Origin: an uncultured virus (IMG/VR IMGVR_UViG_3300021963_006528)
Lineage: Duplodnaviria; Heunggongvirae; Uroviricota; Caudoviricetes
Length of the DNA: 64,000 bases
Direction: 5' to 3' (one strand)
Virus record (IMG/VR): IMGVR_UViG_3300021963_006528
Part shown: positions 8,172 through 19,273 of the stretch, in pieces
How positions within the stretch are numbered: position 1 is the first letter of the stretch
Layout of the letters: each line of letters starts with the position of its first letter
Position numbers and translations under genes: made by a program
The notes under the pieces: generated by a model
What the model saw: the letters and a program-made list of their open reading frames with translations, nothing else
The model's database searches: none
Told to the model about the DNA's origin: nothing

Positions 8172-9311
8172 ATGGGTATTTTTAACTTAACCGAAATAAC
8201 ATTCAATAAGAATCCTATCTCCAGAACTGGAGATTCCAGAAACAATTTGGTTGGTTCTGGATATAACTCAAACACATTCAAATATCCTATTGATTTGGGT
8301 AGTTACGATAAAGGTCATTATATGGTTATCCATATTAATGAACAAATCAAAACAAGTTATATTGGTCCATCATCTACAGATGTTCCATCAATTTTTACAA
8401 ATAGACAAAATTTAAATAAATCAATTGGCGGCACAGGAATTGGAGGTTTATCCAATTTCTCAGACTTATACGGTGACGTTATATCTAAAGCCACTAATTT
8501 TTTTAAAGGAAATCAAGGTTTCATATCTGGTTCAGATTATAGACCAGCACTAGAGGTTAGAACAATTCGTAGAACAACCGATACGATTGCTTTGTACATG
8601 CCTGATACTTTAAATTTCACACACAATCAAGGTTATAGTGATGTGAAGATGGGTGGCGGTATGTTTGCAGCTGCTGGTGCAGCTTTGCAGGCTGCTCAAG
8701 GATCTAATTCAATTGATGATTTTTTAAGTAAACTTGGAAATAATGCCTCACCATTTTTACTTAGTGGTTTGGCATCACTTGCTGGAGAATTGGGTGCTAC
8801 TGCATTTGCTGGTGCTTTTGGTTTTGTAACCAATCCAGCTTTAGAAGTTCTTTATTCTTCTCCTGCTCTCAGATCATTTAGATTTGATTTTATGTTTTAT
8901 CCAAGGTCAGAAAAAGAAGCTATAGAAGTCCAAAGTATTTTAGATAGATTGCGTTTTCATCAAGCACCAGAATTGTTAGGTTCACAAAATGCTGGTGGAC
9001 TTGGTGGATTTTTTATGGTACCTCCATCTGAATTTGATATTAAATTTTATTATAATGGATTAGAAAATCCAAATATACCAAAAATCTCCACATGTGCTTT
9101 AGAAACTATTGACATAGACTATGCACCAAATGGTTTTTCAACATATGAAGTCCCAAGTGGACAATATGCTACAAAAGGCGGCACAGGAATGCCAGTAGGT
9201 ATTCGCCTGTCGTTACAATTTAAAGAACTTGAAATGCTTACAAAATCAAATTTTTCAGATGACGCTAATAGAAAAACTCAATTTCAAAGTGGTGGAGGAG
9301 AGGCAGAATAA
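8172..9311 (+). CDS. gp48: Baseplate tail-tube cap gp48
   Basis: IALYMP, NPALEVLY...LRSFRFDFMFYPRSEKEA, PSEFDI and LSLQFKELE motifs. Confidence 0.88.
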   Translation: MGIFNLTEITFNKNPISRTGDSRNNLVGSGYNSNTFKYPIDLGSYDKGHYMVIHINEQIKTSYIGPSSTDVPSIFTNRQNLNKSIGGTGIGGLSNFSDLYGDVISKATNFFKGNQGFISGSDYRPALEVRTIRRTTDTIALYMPDTLNFTHNQGYSDVKMGGGMFAAAGAALQAAQGSNSIDDFLSKLGNNASPFLLSGLASLAGELGATAFAGAFGFVTNPALEVLYSSPALRSFRFDFMFYPRSEKEAIEVQSILDRLRFHQAPELLGSQNAGGLGGFFMVPPSEFDIKFYYNGLENPNIPKISTCALETIDIDYAPNGFSTYEVPSGQYATKGGTGMPVGIRLSLQFKELEMLTKSNFSDDANRKTQFQSGGGEAE

Positions 9312-9958
9312 TGGCAAAATATTTTAATTATTTCCCTAAAACTTCATATACCTTTGATGGTAAAAATATTCAATATGTAACAAATCTACTTTCTAAAGTT
9401 TCTTTTGAAAATGACTTTAAAGAAAATTCAGTAATTTATTATGAATATTTGGTTACTGACGGAGAAACACCAGAAATTGTTGCTCATAAGATATATGGTT
9501 CCGCTGAGAAACATTGGATCATTTTAATGTTAAATGATATTTTGCATCCACAGTTTGATTGGCCTTTAAATGAAAGTTCTCTACTTAAATATATCGATAT
9601 TAAATATCGTCAATCACAATACGCCAATAGTTCTACCGAAGGTACAGGTACAACATGGGCACAAACACATGTTAAAGAATACCACAAAATTGAAACAAAA
9701 ACAAATACAATATTAAATGAAACCATATCGGTTAATACTTTAAATGTAACCCAAAATGATTATGCCAATGTGGTTTCAACTTCAACAAATTATACTTTGA
9801 GTGATAACACCACAATTAATATTAGTGTAACAAAAGATACATTAAGTTATTATGATTATGAAATTGCTGAAAACGAAAACAAAAGATCAATTAAAATTTT
9901 AAAACCAGACTTTGTACCTGTTGTAGAACAAGAGTTTATTGGAGTTTTTACTAAATGA
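9311..9958 (+). CDS. gp53: Baseplate wedge subunit gp53
   Basis: YFNYFP...DGETPEIVAHKIYG...HWIILMLNDI...WP...YEIAENENKRSIKILKP. Confidence 0.92.
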   Translation: MAKYFNYFPKTSYTFDGKNIQYVTNLLSKVSFENDFKENSVIYYEYLVTDGETPEIVAHKIYGSAEKHWIILMLNDILHPQFDWPLNESSLLKYIDIKYRQSQYANSSTEGTGTTWAQTHVKEYHKIETKTNTILNETISVNTLNVTQNDYANVVSTSTNYTLSDNTTINISVTKDTLSYYDYEIAENENKRSIKILKPDFVPVVEQEFIGVFTK

Positions 9959-11304
9959 CCAGTGCAGTATCTAATTTTGTAATTAAAGAATTATCTTTAG
10001 TTTACAAAGACAAAAAAATTGACATATCTGGTTTATTTCAGGAATTAAATATACACGATAGTATATTGTTACCTTGTGTACATGGTAATGTTGTAATTCT
10101 CGATAGTCGAGGACTTACTGATAAACTGGCACTAGATGGATCTGAAAATTTAATTGTTGATATAAGAAAAAATAAAAATGATGATGCAGATAGTGATTTT
10201 GCATTTCAAAAAGTTTTTAGGGTATTTAAACAAAGTAACAGAAAAGGTGTAAATCAACGTTCTGAAGCTTATGTGTTACATTTTATTTCTGAAGAATTTA
10301 TTTTATCTGAACAACTACGGGTAAATCAATCTTATAGAGAAAAGTATTCAAATATTGCAAAGTCTATAATGAAAGACTATTTGAATATTGATATTGATAA
10401 ACAAATTGAAGATGGTAGTTTGTTTGTTGAATCTGAAGGATTAAAAAAAGTAGCAATACCTAATCTACATCCAATTGACGCTATTGATTGGTGTGCAAAA
10501 AGGTGTTTAGATAAAAATGAATCTCCATCTTTTTTATTTTTTGAAAATAACAAAGGTTATAATTTTGTAAGTCTATCAACATTACTTTCAATATCGCCGG
10601 TAGCTTCGTTAAATTTTACACCTAAAAATATAAATTTGGGTGACAAAACTGAAGAAACTCAATTTTTGGGCATCAAAGATTTTAAGGTTCTATCACAGTT
10701 TGACTTTTTAAAATCGGTTCAAAATGGAGTTTATGCTGGTAAATTTATTGGATTTGATCCAATAACCAGAACAATTGCACAAAGAGAAATTACTTTTGAT
10801 GACCATTATTATACTAGTGAACATGGTAATAAAGTTCCTAATTTAGCAGTTGTTGAAAATGTAAAAGGATTAAACAATACTCAAATGTTTGATGCTAAAC
10901 AATCTGTTTATGTTTTTGGGTATTATAGAAAAGAAAATGATTTCATTAATCAAAAAGATCCTGAATCATTAAACTATGTTGATGACCCTTATAAGTATAT
11001 CTTTCAAAGACGAGCAATAGTACAAAATTTAATGACACAAAGGGTGCAAATAGTTTTACCTGGAAATTTTCAAATAACATCTGGTGTAAATGTTAAATTA
11101 CTTGTACCTAAGATTGGTCAGTATTTAAAGAATGAAGATAATTTGGATAAATCATTGTATGGAAATCATTTGGTAATTGCAACACATCATTGTATACAAC
11201 CAAATAAACATGAAGTAGTAATTGAAGCAGTTTCAGATTCCTCAAATAGAGAATATGGAATATTAACTTCCAAACCAATTCAAGATTCGGCATATTACGC
11301 ATGA
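9955..11304 (+). CDS. Putative baseplate hub protein (gp27-like)
   Basis: Lies between gp53 and gp5; FLFFEN and PGN...G motifs typical of hub proteins. Confidence 0.65.
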   Translation: MTSAVSNFVIKELSLVYKDKKIDISGLFQELNIHDSILLPCVHGNVVILDSRGLTDKLALDGSENLIVDIRKNKNDDADSDFAFQKVFRVFKQSNRKGVNQRSEAYVLHFISEEFILSEQLRVNQSYREKYSNIAKSIMKDYLNIDIDKQIEDGSLFVESEGLKKVAIPNLHPIDAIDWCAKRCLDKNESPSFLFFENNKGYNFVSLSTLLSISPVASLNFTPKNINLGDKTEETQFLGIKDFKVLSQFDFLKSVQNGVYAGKFIGFDPITRTIAQREITFDDHYYTSEHGNKVPNLAVVENVKGLNNTQMFDAKQSVYVFGYYRKENDFINQKDPESLNYVDDPYKYIFQRRAIVQNLMTQRVQIVLPGNFQITSGVNVKLLVPKIGQYLKNEDNLDKSLYGNHLVIATHHCIQPNKHEVVIEAVSDSSNREYGILTSKPIQDSAYYA

Positions 11305-12350
11305 TAGTTAATCAACCTAAAAAAGACTATGGCACTTTTGACCCAACCAATTGGGTTGGTGTTGTTGAGAATAGTCACGACAAATTAAATATTGGAATGT
11401 ATAAAGTCCGCATTATTGGATTACATTCACCTAATGTTGAAGAAGTTCCTGTTGATAATCTTCCTTGGGCTCATGGAGCCATACCTTTATCACAAGGTTA
11501 TACCACTTCAGTTGCAAGACCTGGTGAATGGGTTGTTGGTTATTTTTTAGATCCTGAAACATTACAGTATCCTATTATTATTGGTATTCTTCCAGGAATA
11601 CAATCGACCAATGTGGTCAATGTTACAAGTTCTGGTTCTAAAGTTGGTTCATACAGTTACAACAAGTCAGCAGGATTTGTACCACAACTAACGCAAGAAC
11701 AAGCGGATAAAACTCCAGTATTACCTGAAGGTATTGTAACAAGGTCAGTTGGACAACCAACAACCGCACCTCTTGCTCGTGGAGTATATGAGAACAGTAG
11801 TATTTCAGTTGCTGATTCTAATGCAGAACATGTTTGTGATTTTAAAAAGAAACTTAGATACGATATTGCAATTGAAAAACTTAAAGTTTATGAATTTGTT
11901 CAAAAAGCGAGGGCTGCAATAAAAGCATATTTTACAAGTATCTCGTCAGGTCCAATGTCTACTGCTATTCAAGCTGCAATTAGGCAAATCAAAGAGATAT
12001 TAAAAATGATAAAGAAAGCTGCAGATTTTATTACTGATGTTGCAAAAGCCATTGCTGATTTTATTAAATATTGCAATGAACTTATTGCGTATATAGCAAG
12101 TCTACCTGCACAATTGGCGGCACAATTAAAAAAGTGTTTGCAAGAATTTACCAACGCTTTATCAGATGCTTTATCGTTTGATAGTGTAACTAAAGATGGT
12201 AATGCATCTCCATTTTCTGAAATTAAAAGTTTGGTTGAAACCGCAAAAGAAACCGGTCAAGCAATAGAAACAGCAGTAAATGCCTCAACAACCGCAGTAT
12301 CACAAGCAACAATATTGGCGGTTACAGCTAAATCATTTGGACGAGTATAA
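11301..12350 (+). CDS. gp5 N-terminal OB-fold protein (no lysozyme domain) with helical C-terminus
   Basis: WVGVVE...KVRIIGLH...LPWA...GEWVVGYFLD...QYPIIIGILPG. Confidence 0.85.
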   Translation: MIVNQPKKDYGTFDPTNWVGVVENSHDKLNIGMYKVRIIGLHSPNVEEVPVDNLPWAHGAIPLSQGYTTSVARPGEWVVGYFLDPETLQYPIIIGILPGIQSTNVVNVTSSGSKVGSYSYNKSAGFVPQLTQEQADKTPVLPEGIVTRSVGQPTTAPLARGVYENSSISVADSNAEHVCDFKKKLRYDIAIEKLKVYEFVQKARAAIKAYFTSISSGPMSTAIQAAIRQIKEILKMIKKAADFITDVAKAIADFIKYCNELIAYIASLPAQLAAQLKKCLQEFTNALSDALSFDSVTKDGNASPFSEIKSLVETAKETGQAIETAVNASTTAVSQATILAVTAKSFGRV

Positions 12351-13138
12351 TGGCAACTAAACCTAGTGGACTTGATTGGACAGAACCTTCATCAACATTT
12401 GTTGGTGAATATCCATATGCACATGTAACAGAAACACAATCGGGTCATCTATTTGCTATGGATGATACAAAAGATTCTGAAACAGTTAGACTAGCACATC
12501 GTTTAGGCACATTTACAGAATTTCAAAAAGATGGAACAAGAGTTGATAAGATTGTTGGTGATGGTTATCAAATTATTGCCAAAAATAACCACGTATTAAT
12601 TAAAGGCGTATGCAATATTGTAATTGAAGGAGATTCAGTATTGCGTGTTCAAGGTGATGCTGATGTAAAGGTTGATGGTGATGCATACACAATGGTTGAA
12701 GGAAATTTAACAACCAAAGTTAAAGGTGATGCTTCTATTTTTGCTGGTGGTGATTTAGATTTAGCAGCTGGCGGTGCAACAGGCACAGTAACAATCAATG
12801 CACCAGATGGAATAAATCTAAATGGTGATGTTACAGTTAATGGACTATTGACAGCTGCAAGTAGCATACATTCTGGTGATAACATTGTGGCTGGAAAACA
12901 ATTGTTCTCTTATTTGGGAATTCAAACTTTAGGTGGTATTAATTCAGGATTTACTTCAGAGAGTCCTGTGCCACCTGGCGTAATTACTTCAACTGTAACA
13001 GTAACTTCACCAATTATATTTGGATTGGCAGCAGTACAAGATTCTAGAGGACCAATGGAATTGATTCGACAGTTATATAATATACACATACATCCAACAC
13101 CTAAAGGACCATCAGGTACACCAACACCAATTCAATAA
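12350..13138 (+). CDS. gp5 C-terminal beta-helix spike protein
   Basis: YPYAHVTETQSGH...DDT...RLAHR.GTF.E; VxGD repeats; terminal HIHP..GPSG. Confidence 0.85.
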   Translation: MATKPSGLDWTEPSSTFVGEYPYAHVTETQSGHLFAMDDTKDSETVRLAHRLGTFTEFQKDGTRVDKIVGDGYQIIAKNNHVLIKGVCNIVIEGDSVLRVQGDADVKVDGDAYTMVEGNLTTKVKGDASIFAGGDLDLAAGGATGTVTINAPDGINLNGDVTVNGLLTAASSIHSGDNIVAGKQLFSYLGIQTLGGINSGFTSESPVPPGVITSTVTVTSPIIFGLAAVQDSRGPMELIRQLYNIHIHPTPKGPSGTPTPIQ

Positions 13139-13140
13139 TT

Positions 13141-13977
13141 ATGGCAAATACAATATCCTCAAGATTGACTTTTAGTTTTGATACCACAAAATTTGGTGGA
13201 GCTTATTATTTAAGTCAAGAAGCAAAAAACAGTATGAACGTATATCCTTCGGATGTAGTTCAATGGCAAACTCAAGAAATTGCTAATGGTACAATTTCAC
13301 CAAGTAACTATTTTAAAAATCCAGTACAAAGTGTTTGTTCTAGTATAACATCAAATACAAATTCAATTATAACATTTTGTACAAACGATGTTGCAAATAC
13401 TTTTCCAAGTACTTCAATTCAAGCCAGAAATTTGGCCAATACTGCAAATAATTTGTTAGTGCAAATATTAGATTTTAAATCTCATACTGATAATATGTCC
13501 CGTCTTGGAGCAACAACACTTAGTACAGAATTTTTAGTTGATTCTCCAAATATACCAAACTATCAGATGGCAATGGCACAAGGTAGTGAATTGACTAGAC
13601 TACTTTATTCTACCGAATCGGTACAAAACACAGATGCAATTTTAGGTTGCTTTACAAGTATTTTTGTAAATCCTGAGTTAACCGCAAACAGTTGGAATAT
13701 AGGAAATGGGTACATAAGTTTAACTAACTCCTATAATGGTCTTACAAGTAATATAACCAATTCAGCTTTAGTTAGCATTATTTCTACTTTAGAACAAGCC
13801 AATTCTTTAATGTTTACCAGAAGAACATCAGACTGGAATTTTTATAAAAAACAAAGACAAGTATTGAATGACTATCGTTTTGTTACACAATTTAACAATT
13901 CTGGCAATACGGATAATTATTTGATACAAAATTACATTGGTACAGACTTCCTTAAAAATAACCTGGCAAATACGTGA
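13141..13977 (+). CDS. Hypothetical virion protein
   Basis: 278-aa ORF within the baseplate operon; N/S/T-rich. Confidence 0.7.
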   Translation: MANTISSRLTFSFDTTKFGGAYYLSQEAKNSMNVYPSDVVQWQTQEIANGTISPSNYFKNPVQSVCSSITSNTNSIITFCTNDVANTFPSTSIQARNLANTANNLLVQILDFKSHTDNMSRLGATTLSTEFLVDSPNIPNYQMAMAQGSELTRLLYSTESVQNTDAILGCFTSIFVNPELTANSWNIGNGYISLTNSYNGLTSNITNSALVSIISTLEQANSLMFTRRTSDWNFYKKQRQVLNDYRFVTQFNNSGNTDNYLIQNYIGTDFLKNNLANT

Positions 13978-13983
13978 TAAATA
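13976..13983 (+). promoter_or_regulatory. T4-type late promoter
   Basis: GATAAATA, 4 nt before the gp25 ATG. Confidence 0.6.
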
Positions 13984-13987
13984 ACCC

Positions 13988-14392
13988 ATGGCTACAGTAA
14001 CCACACAAACAAGCAGACAATTTAAAGACTTAGACCTGTCTTTTAATATTCATCCAGTTAAAAAAGACATAAACAAACATGTGGATGAACAGGCAGTTAT
14101 TAATTCTTTAAAAAATATTATACTGACGAACCACTATGAGAAACCATTTAATCCAGATTATGGTTCCAACATTCGAGCTTTATTGTTTGAAAATATAGAT
14201 TCTATTACAGCAATTACTTTGGAAAGAGAAATTTTACAAACAATAGAAAATTTTGAACCTCGTGTTAGTGTGTCCAAAGTAACAGCCATACCAGATTTCG
14301 ATAATAACGGATATTCAATTAAGTTGGATTTTTTTATTATCAATTTAACTAACCCAATAACAATTCAATTCTTACTACAAAGAGTCAGATAA
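13988..14392 (+). CDS. gp25: Baseplate wedge subunit gp25
   Basis: FKDLDLSF..HP...AVINSLKNIILTNHYEKPFNPDYGS...FEPRV. Confidence 0.95.
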   Translation: MATVTTQTSRQFKDLDLSFNIHPVKKDINKHVDEQAVINSLKNIILTNHYEKPFNPDYGSNIRALLFENIDSITAITLEREILQTIENFEPRVSVSKVTAIPDFDNNGYSIKLDFFIINLTNPITIQFLLQRVR

Positions 14393-16464
14393 TGGCAGAC
14401 CGTTTAAATGTAACCGATTTAGATTTTGATACACTCAAATCTAATCTTAAAAGTTTTTTAAAACAACAATCCGAGTTTTCTGATTATGATTTCGAAGGAG
14501 CAGGTTTAAATGTTCTTTTGGATATTCTTGCCTATAATACGCATTACAATTCATATTATTTGAATATGTTGGCAAATGAATCTTTTTTAGATTCTGCAAT
14601 ACTAAGAAATTCTGTTGTATCTCATGCTAAACGATTTGGTTATACTCCACGTTCTGCATCGGCACCTTTAGCTAAAATTAATTTTTCAGTTGATTCTTTA
14701 TCTTCAACGCCAGGTTCATTAACATTACCTGAAGGTTATATTTTTCTTTCAAATTTAATTGATAGTAAATCCTACAATTTCATTACATTAGAAGATACGA
14801 CAGTTTCAAAAACTGGTAATAACTTTGTATTTAATAATTTGGAAATTTATGAAGGCCAATTAGCAACATATAGTTTTACACATGTTGAGGCTTCCAATCC
14901 AAAACAAATTTTTACTTTACCAGATATTAATATTGATACCTCAACAATTAAAGTTAGTGTAAGAGAATCAATTTCAAATTCAACCTCTACAGTTTATACA
15001 TTGAATACTGATGCTTTAGACATAGATTCAACCTCTGAGGTATATTATATACAAGAAGGCCAAAACAATAAGTATGAAATTTATTTTGGTAATAATGTTC
15101 TAGGTAAAAAAATACCTGATGGTGGCATTGTTTCAGTAAAATACTTAGTTACGAATGGTGATTTAGCAAACAAAGCTAATAGTTTTATTGCGACTTCTAC
15201 AGTTGGTGGTTATTCAATATTTACTGTTAATTCAGTATTGGCTGCTTCTGGTGGAGCACCAAGAGAAACAGTTGATCAAATTAAGTTTGCAGCTCCATTA
15301 CAATTTACTTCACAAAATCGTGCGGTAACAAAAAACGATTATATCAAACTCATTCAACAAAAATATCCACAGTTTGAAGCTGTCAATGTTTGGGGTGGAG
15401 AAGAAAATGATCCTCCAATTTATGGTAAAGTTTTTATTTCTGCAAAACCAAAAGAAGGTTTTGAAGTAACAGATGCCGAAAAAGAATTTGTTAAAGAAAA
15501 GATCATTAAGCCAATTAGTATTCTTACAGTAACACCTGAAATTGTTGATATTGATTATAACTTTTTAAAATTAATTTCTAAAGTTTATTATGATCCAACA
15601 AAAACAATTAGTAATACTAATACATTAAAATCTTCTATACAAACAGAAATTGAAAATTATTGTAATGATAATTTAAATACTTTTAATTCAATTTTTAAAT
15701 CATCTATATTGAGTTCTAGAATTGATAATTTAGATTCTGCAATTCAATCAAATGAATTGGAATTATTCTTAACTAAAAAATTTAGACCTGATTTAATCAA
15801 TTCTAATAGTTATATTTTAGACTATGGTGTTCCTTTACAAAAAGGCACTACATCAGATAATCTATATTCAAATCCAGAATTTACCATGTTGGATGAAGAA
15901 GGTATTTCAAGACAATCTTTCTTAGAAGAAGTACCATCTTCTTTTACTGGTGTCGAATCAATTACTGTTACAAATCCAGGCATTAATTATATGACAACAC
16001 CAACAATTGAAATTATTGGTGATGGACAAGGAGCAACTGCTATTGCGACCATAGTTAATTCTAAACTTTCTAAAGTTACAGTAACAAATCCAGGTGTTGG
16101 TTATACTACAGCTACAGTAAGAATTATTGGAGGTGGTGGACAATTAGGTGCCGCTTCAGCAGTATTAGAAGGTCGTTATGGTCAATTAAGAATTGTTTAC
16201 TATAAACCAGATGAAGTAACAAATGAAAATACAAAAGTAATTTTGAACTATGGTGCCAATTTTGGTGTTATGGGTTCAATTGATTATTATACAGGAAAAA
16301 TTTATATTAATAACTTTAATCCAACAGGCGTTGCAAATGATTTTGGAGAATTATCTGTTAATATTAGGCCACAAATTTCTGTTATTTCATCACAACAAAA
16401 CAAAATGTTGGCCTTTGACAATGAAGATCCAACAAGTATTGTTATAGAAATGAATAGTCTATAA
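14392..16464 (+). CDS. gp6: Baseplate wedge subunit gp6
   Basis: LDFDTLKSNLK.FL...DYDFEG.GL..LLD.LAYNTHY...ESFLDSA...QNRAVT..DY. Confidence 0.95.
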   Translation: MADRLNVTDLDFDTLKSNLKSFLKQQSEFSDYDFEGAGLNVLLDILAYNTHYNSYYLNMLANESFLDSAILRNSVVSHAKRFGYTPRSASAPLAKINFSVDSLSSTPGSLTLPEGYIFLSNLIDSKSYNFITLEDTTVSKTGNNFVFNNLEIYEGQLATYSFTHVEASNPKQIFTLPDINIDTSTIKVSVRESISNSTSTVYTLNTDALDIDSTSEVYYIQEGQNNKYEIYFGNNVLGKKIPDGGIVSVKYLVTNGDLANKANSFIATSTVGGYSIFTVNSVLAASGGAPRETVDQIKFAAPLQFTSQNRAVTKNDYIKLIQQKYPQFEAVNVWGGEENDPPIYGKVFISAKPKEGFEVTDAEKEFVKEKIIKPISILTVTPEIVDIDYNFLKLISKVYYDPTKTISNTNTLKSSIQTEIENYCNDNLNTFNSIFKSSILSSRIDNLDSAIQSNELELFLTKKFRPDLINSNSYILDYGVPLQKGTTSDNLYSNPEFTMLDEEGISRQSFLEEVPSSFTGVESITVTNPGINYMTTPTIEIIGDGQGATAIATIVNSKLSKVTVTNPGVGYTTATVRIIGGGGQLGAASAVLEGRYGQLRIVYYKPDEVTNENTKVILNYGANFGVMGSIDYYTGKIYINNFNPTGVANDFGELSVNIRPQISVISSQQNKMLAFDNEDPTSIVIEMNSL

Positions 16465-19265
16465 TGTCCGAATTATTAGTTTCCTCGTTAGTTGAAAAAC
16501 AATTACCTGAATTTGTAAGGGAAGACTACCCTAAATTTGTCACGTTCTTAGAAAAATATTATGAATGGACAAAAACAAATAATCAAATTCTAAGTGCTGT
16601 TGAATCTTTTGCTGAATCAAAAGATTTGGATTTAGCAACAAACACATATATTGAATTAATTAAACAAGAACTTGCACCATATTTTCCTGAAGAAATTATA
16701 TCAGACAAAGCAACTCTTTTAAAATTTATTAATCAATATTACCGAGCAAAAGGCACTCCTCAATCCGTTAAGTTCCTATTTCGAATTTTTTATAATGAAG
16801 ATATTGAAATTTATTATCCTAAAGAAGAAATATTAATTGCTTCAGATGGTAAATGGGTTTTACCATTGTCTTTGCGTGTTGATACCAGCGATAATAATAT
16901 TTTTAATTTGGTGGGTGTAAAAGTTACTGGAGATTTATCAAAGTCTACAGCAATTGTAGAAAGTGTTACAAGGTCTGTTGACCGACAATTAGGTATTCAA
17001 TATGTTGAAATGTTTGTTTCAAATGTTAAAAAATTGTTTCAAACGGGAGAAACAATTTCTGCCACATATATTTCCAATGGAACGCCAATTTCAGTAAGTG
17101 GTCGTTTGATTGGATCATTGTCTGAAATTAAAATTAATCCTGAATTTAGAGGTTTATTTTATAATGCATATGATCCAACAATAGGTTATGATGGTGATCC
17201 GGTTTCAATTGTTGGAGGACTAAATCCAACTCCACCAGTCAATCAAACACCTGTTGGTGCTATTGCTACTGTAGGATCAGTTACAAAAGGATCAATTATT
17301 CAAGTAGCTGTTAATAATGGAGGTTTTGGATTTAGATCACCAGATATTGTAAATAGTTCATTAATTGATTTTGTTGGAGGTTTTAAAAATTCAACTTTAG
17401 GTCAAGAGTCTAAAGCAACTATTTCTCTTGTAGATACCAATACACAAAGACTAGTCAATGTAAGTAATGTTGCAATTGAAACCATTCATACTTTAACACT
17501 AGATGGTGCAGCAAATACTGCAAATATTGAAAATTGCCAAATTAGTTTTATTACGACAACCCAAACACTAAATGTGTTCCCAATTTCATATGTAACAACA
17601 GATGGATCTGGTGGTGGTTATAAATCTTTACCTATAGCCAATTTTTATAGTTATTACTTAGAAGATATTGTTGATTCATTAATTATTTCTTCCACATCTC
17701 TTATAAAAGGAACAAAAATTGTATATGATGGTTCCCAGGATTTAACCAATTCTTTTGAAGCTGGTGATACAGTTCGTTTAAATTCTCCTAATAAATTTGA
17801 AGAAATTAGAAATATACAATCAGTAACAACAAATACACTTACATTAGAAGGTGATGATTTTGAAAATGATGTTGGTGCTGTGGATGTTTATAAAGTCTTT
17901 AGACGACCAATTAATGAGGTAGGTTCTTTAGGTAGAATTCAAATTACTAATGGCGGTTTAAATTATAATGTTGGTGAATATTTGGTATTTACAGGCTCTA
18001 CTGGTTATGGTGCAAACGCTTCAATTACACAAGTTCACGCTGGAAATAATGGCATCAAAGCAGTTACATTTAATGATAATGGTTCTTTGATTAAAGGCGG
18101 TGAAGGTTATTCACAAACAAATTTACCAACAATTACTGTTAATACAACAAGTGGTTCAAACGCAGTTCTTTCTGTTACTGAAATTCTAGGTGAAGGTGTT
18201 GATGTTAGTTTATTTACAACAAAAATTGGATCCATTTCATCTCTCAGAATTTCAAGTTATGGTTATGACTATGTTAGCGCTCCAACAATATCACTACGAA
18301 ATGCTGATTTGACTGTATCCAATGTTACATCAGGACAATTGTTTGTTTCAAATACAATAATTTATCAAGGTAATTCAAGTAGTAATGCCACATTTACAGC
18401 GTATGTTGAGAAATTCACTCCTTCAAATGGACTGTTGCGTATCTTCAATTACAAAGGTACACTCAATAACCAAATACAGATTTCATCATCCGATAATTCA
18501 GTAAAAGCAAATGTTAATTCTGTACTTTATTATGGAGATGGCAAAGCAAAAGCAACCGCCAGATTTGAAAATGGTCTAATTCGTTATTCTGGAATTTATT
18601 TAAATACCGATGGTCAACCTAGTTCCGATAAGAAAATACAAGATGGTACAAAATACCATAATTTCTCATATCAAATTCAAACCGAAAACGATTACAATAA
18701 ATTCAAGAAATCATTAAATGAAATTGTACACCCATTAGGTACCAAAACATTTGTCAATAGAATAAATTCTCATACTGAAGATGTAGCAAATACTTCTCTA
18801 ACAACAATTAATATTATTAGAACCGAACTTGCAAACACCTTTAATATTCGAAGTGGTTCAAACAATATGGTTGCCACAGGAGTATCACCAAATCTTACAA
18901 ATACTGTAAATGTTGGTGACATGGTTATTCTTACCACTTTATCTAAACGAGTTAACGGCACAGTAAATGTGGCGTCTACATCGAATGTGGTTACGGGTAA
19001 TGCAACAACCTTTATCAATGATATACAAGACGGTGATACCATTTACATTTCAAGTGGAAATACTGAAACTGTAACCTATGTTACAAATACCAGTAGTTTA
19101 CTGACACAAAATACCATTAATATTACTGCAAATAATCAAACAATTAATGTGATATTTGACGACATAAGAACTGTCACATTTGTCAATGCCAATACCATTT
19201 TGGTTTCTGGATCATTTACAACTACCGCAAACTTAGTCACCACAATCCTTCAAAAAGTTGAATAA
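16464..19265 (+). CDS. gp7: Baseplate wedge initiator gp7-like
   Basis: QLPEFVREDYPKFVTFLEKYYEW...YRAKGT..S.KFLFR...IQD..YHNFSY...VHPLG. Confidence 0.85.
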   Translation: MSELLVSSLVEKQLPEFVREDYPKFVTFLEKYYEWTKTNNQILSAVESFAESKDLDLATNTYIELIKQELAPYFPEEIISDKATLLKFINQYYRAKGTPQSVKFLFRIFYNEDIEIYYPKEEILIASDGKWVLPLSLRVDTSDNNIFNLVGVKVTGDLSKSTAIVESVTRSVDRQLGIQYVEMFVSNVKKLFQTGETISATYISNGTPISVSGRLIGSLSEIKINPEFRGLFYNAYDPTIGYDGDPVSIVGGLNPTPPVNQTPVGAIATVGSVTKGSIIQVAVNNGGFGFRSPDIVNSSLIDFVGGFKNSTLGQESKATISLVDTNTQRLVNVSNVAIETIHTLTLDGAANTANIENCQISFITTTQTLNVFPISYVTTDGSGGGYKSLPIANFYSYYLEDIVDSLIISSTSLIKGTKIVYDGSQDLTNSFEAGDTVRLNSPNKFEEIRNIQSVTTNTLTLEGDDFENDVGAVDVYKVFRRPINEVGSLGRIQITNGGLNYNVGEYLVFTGSTGYGANASITQVHAGNNGIKAVTFNDNGSLIKGGEGYSQTNLPTITVNTTSGSNAVLSVTEILGEGVDVSLFTTKIGSISSLRISSYGYDYVSAPTISLRNADLTVSNVTSGQLFVSNTIIYQGNSSSNATFTAYVEKFTPSNGLLRIFNYKGTLNNQIQISSSDNSVKANVNSVLYYGDGKAKATARFENGLIRYSGIYLNTDGQPSSDKKIQDGTKYHNFSYQIQTENDYNKFKKSLNEIVHPLGTKTFVNRINSHTEDVANTSLTTINIIRTELANTFNIRSGSNNMVATGVSPNLTNTVNVGDMVILTTLSKRVNGTVNVASTSNVVTGNATTFINDIQDGDTIYISSGNTETVTYVTNTSSLLTQNTINITANNQTINVIFDDIRTVTFVNANTILVSGSFTTTANLVTTILQKVE

Positions 19266-19268
19266 ATA
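19261..19268 (+). promoter_or_regulatory. T4-type late promoter
   Basis: AATAAATA, 5 nt before the gp8 ATG. Confidence 0.55.
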
Positions 19269-19273
19269 GAACT

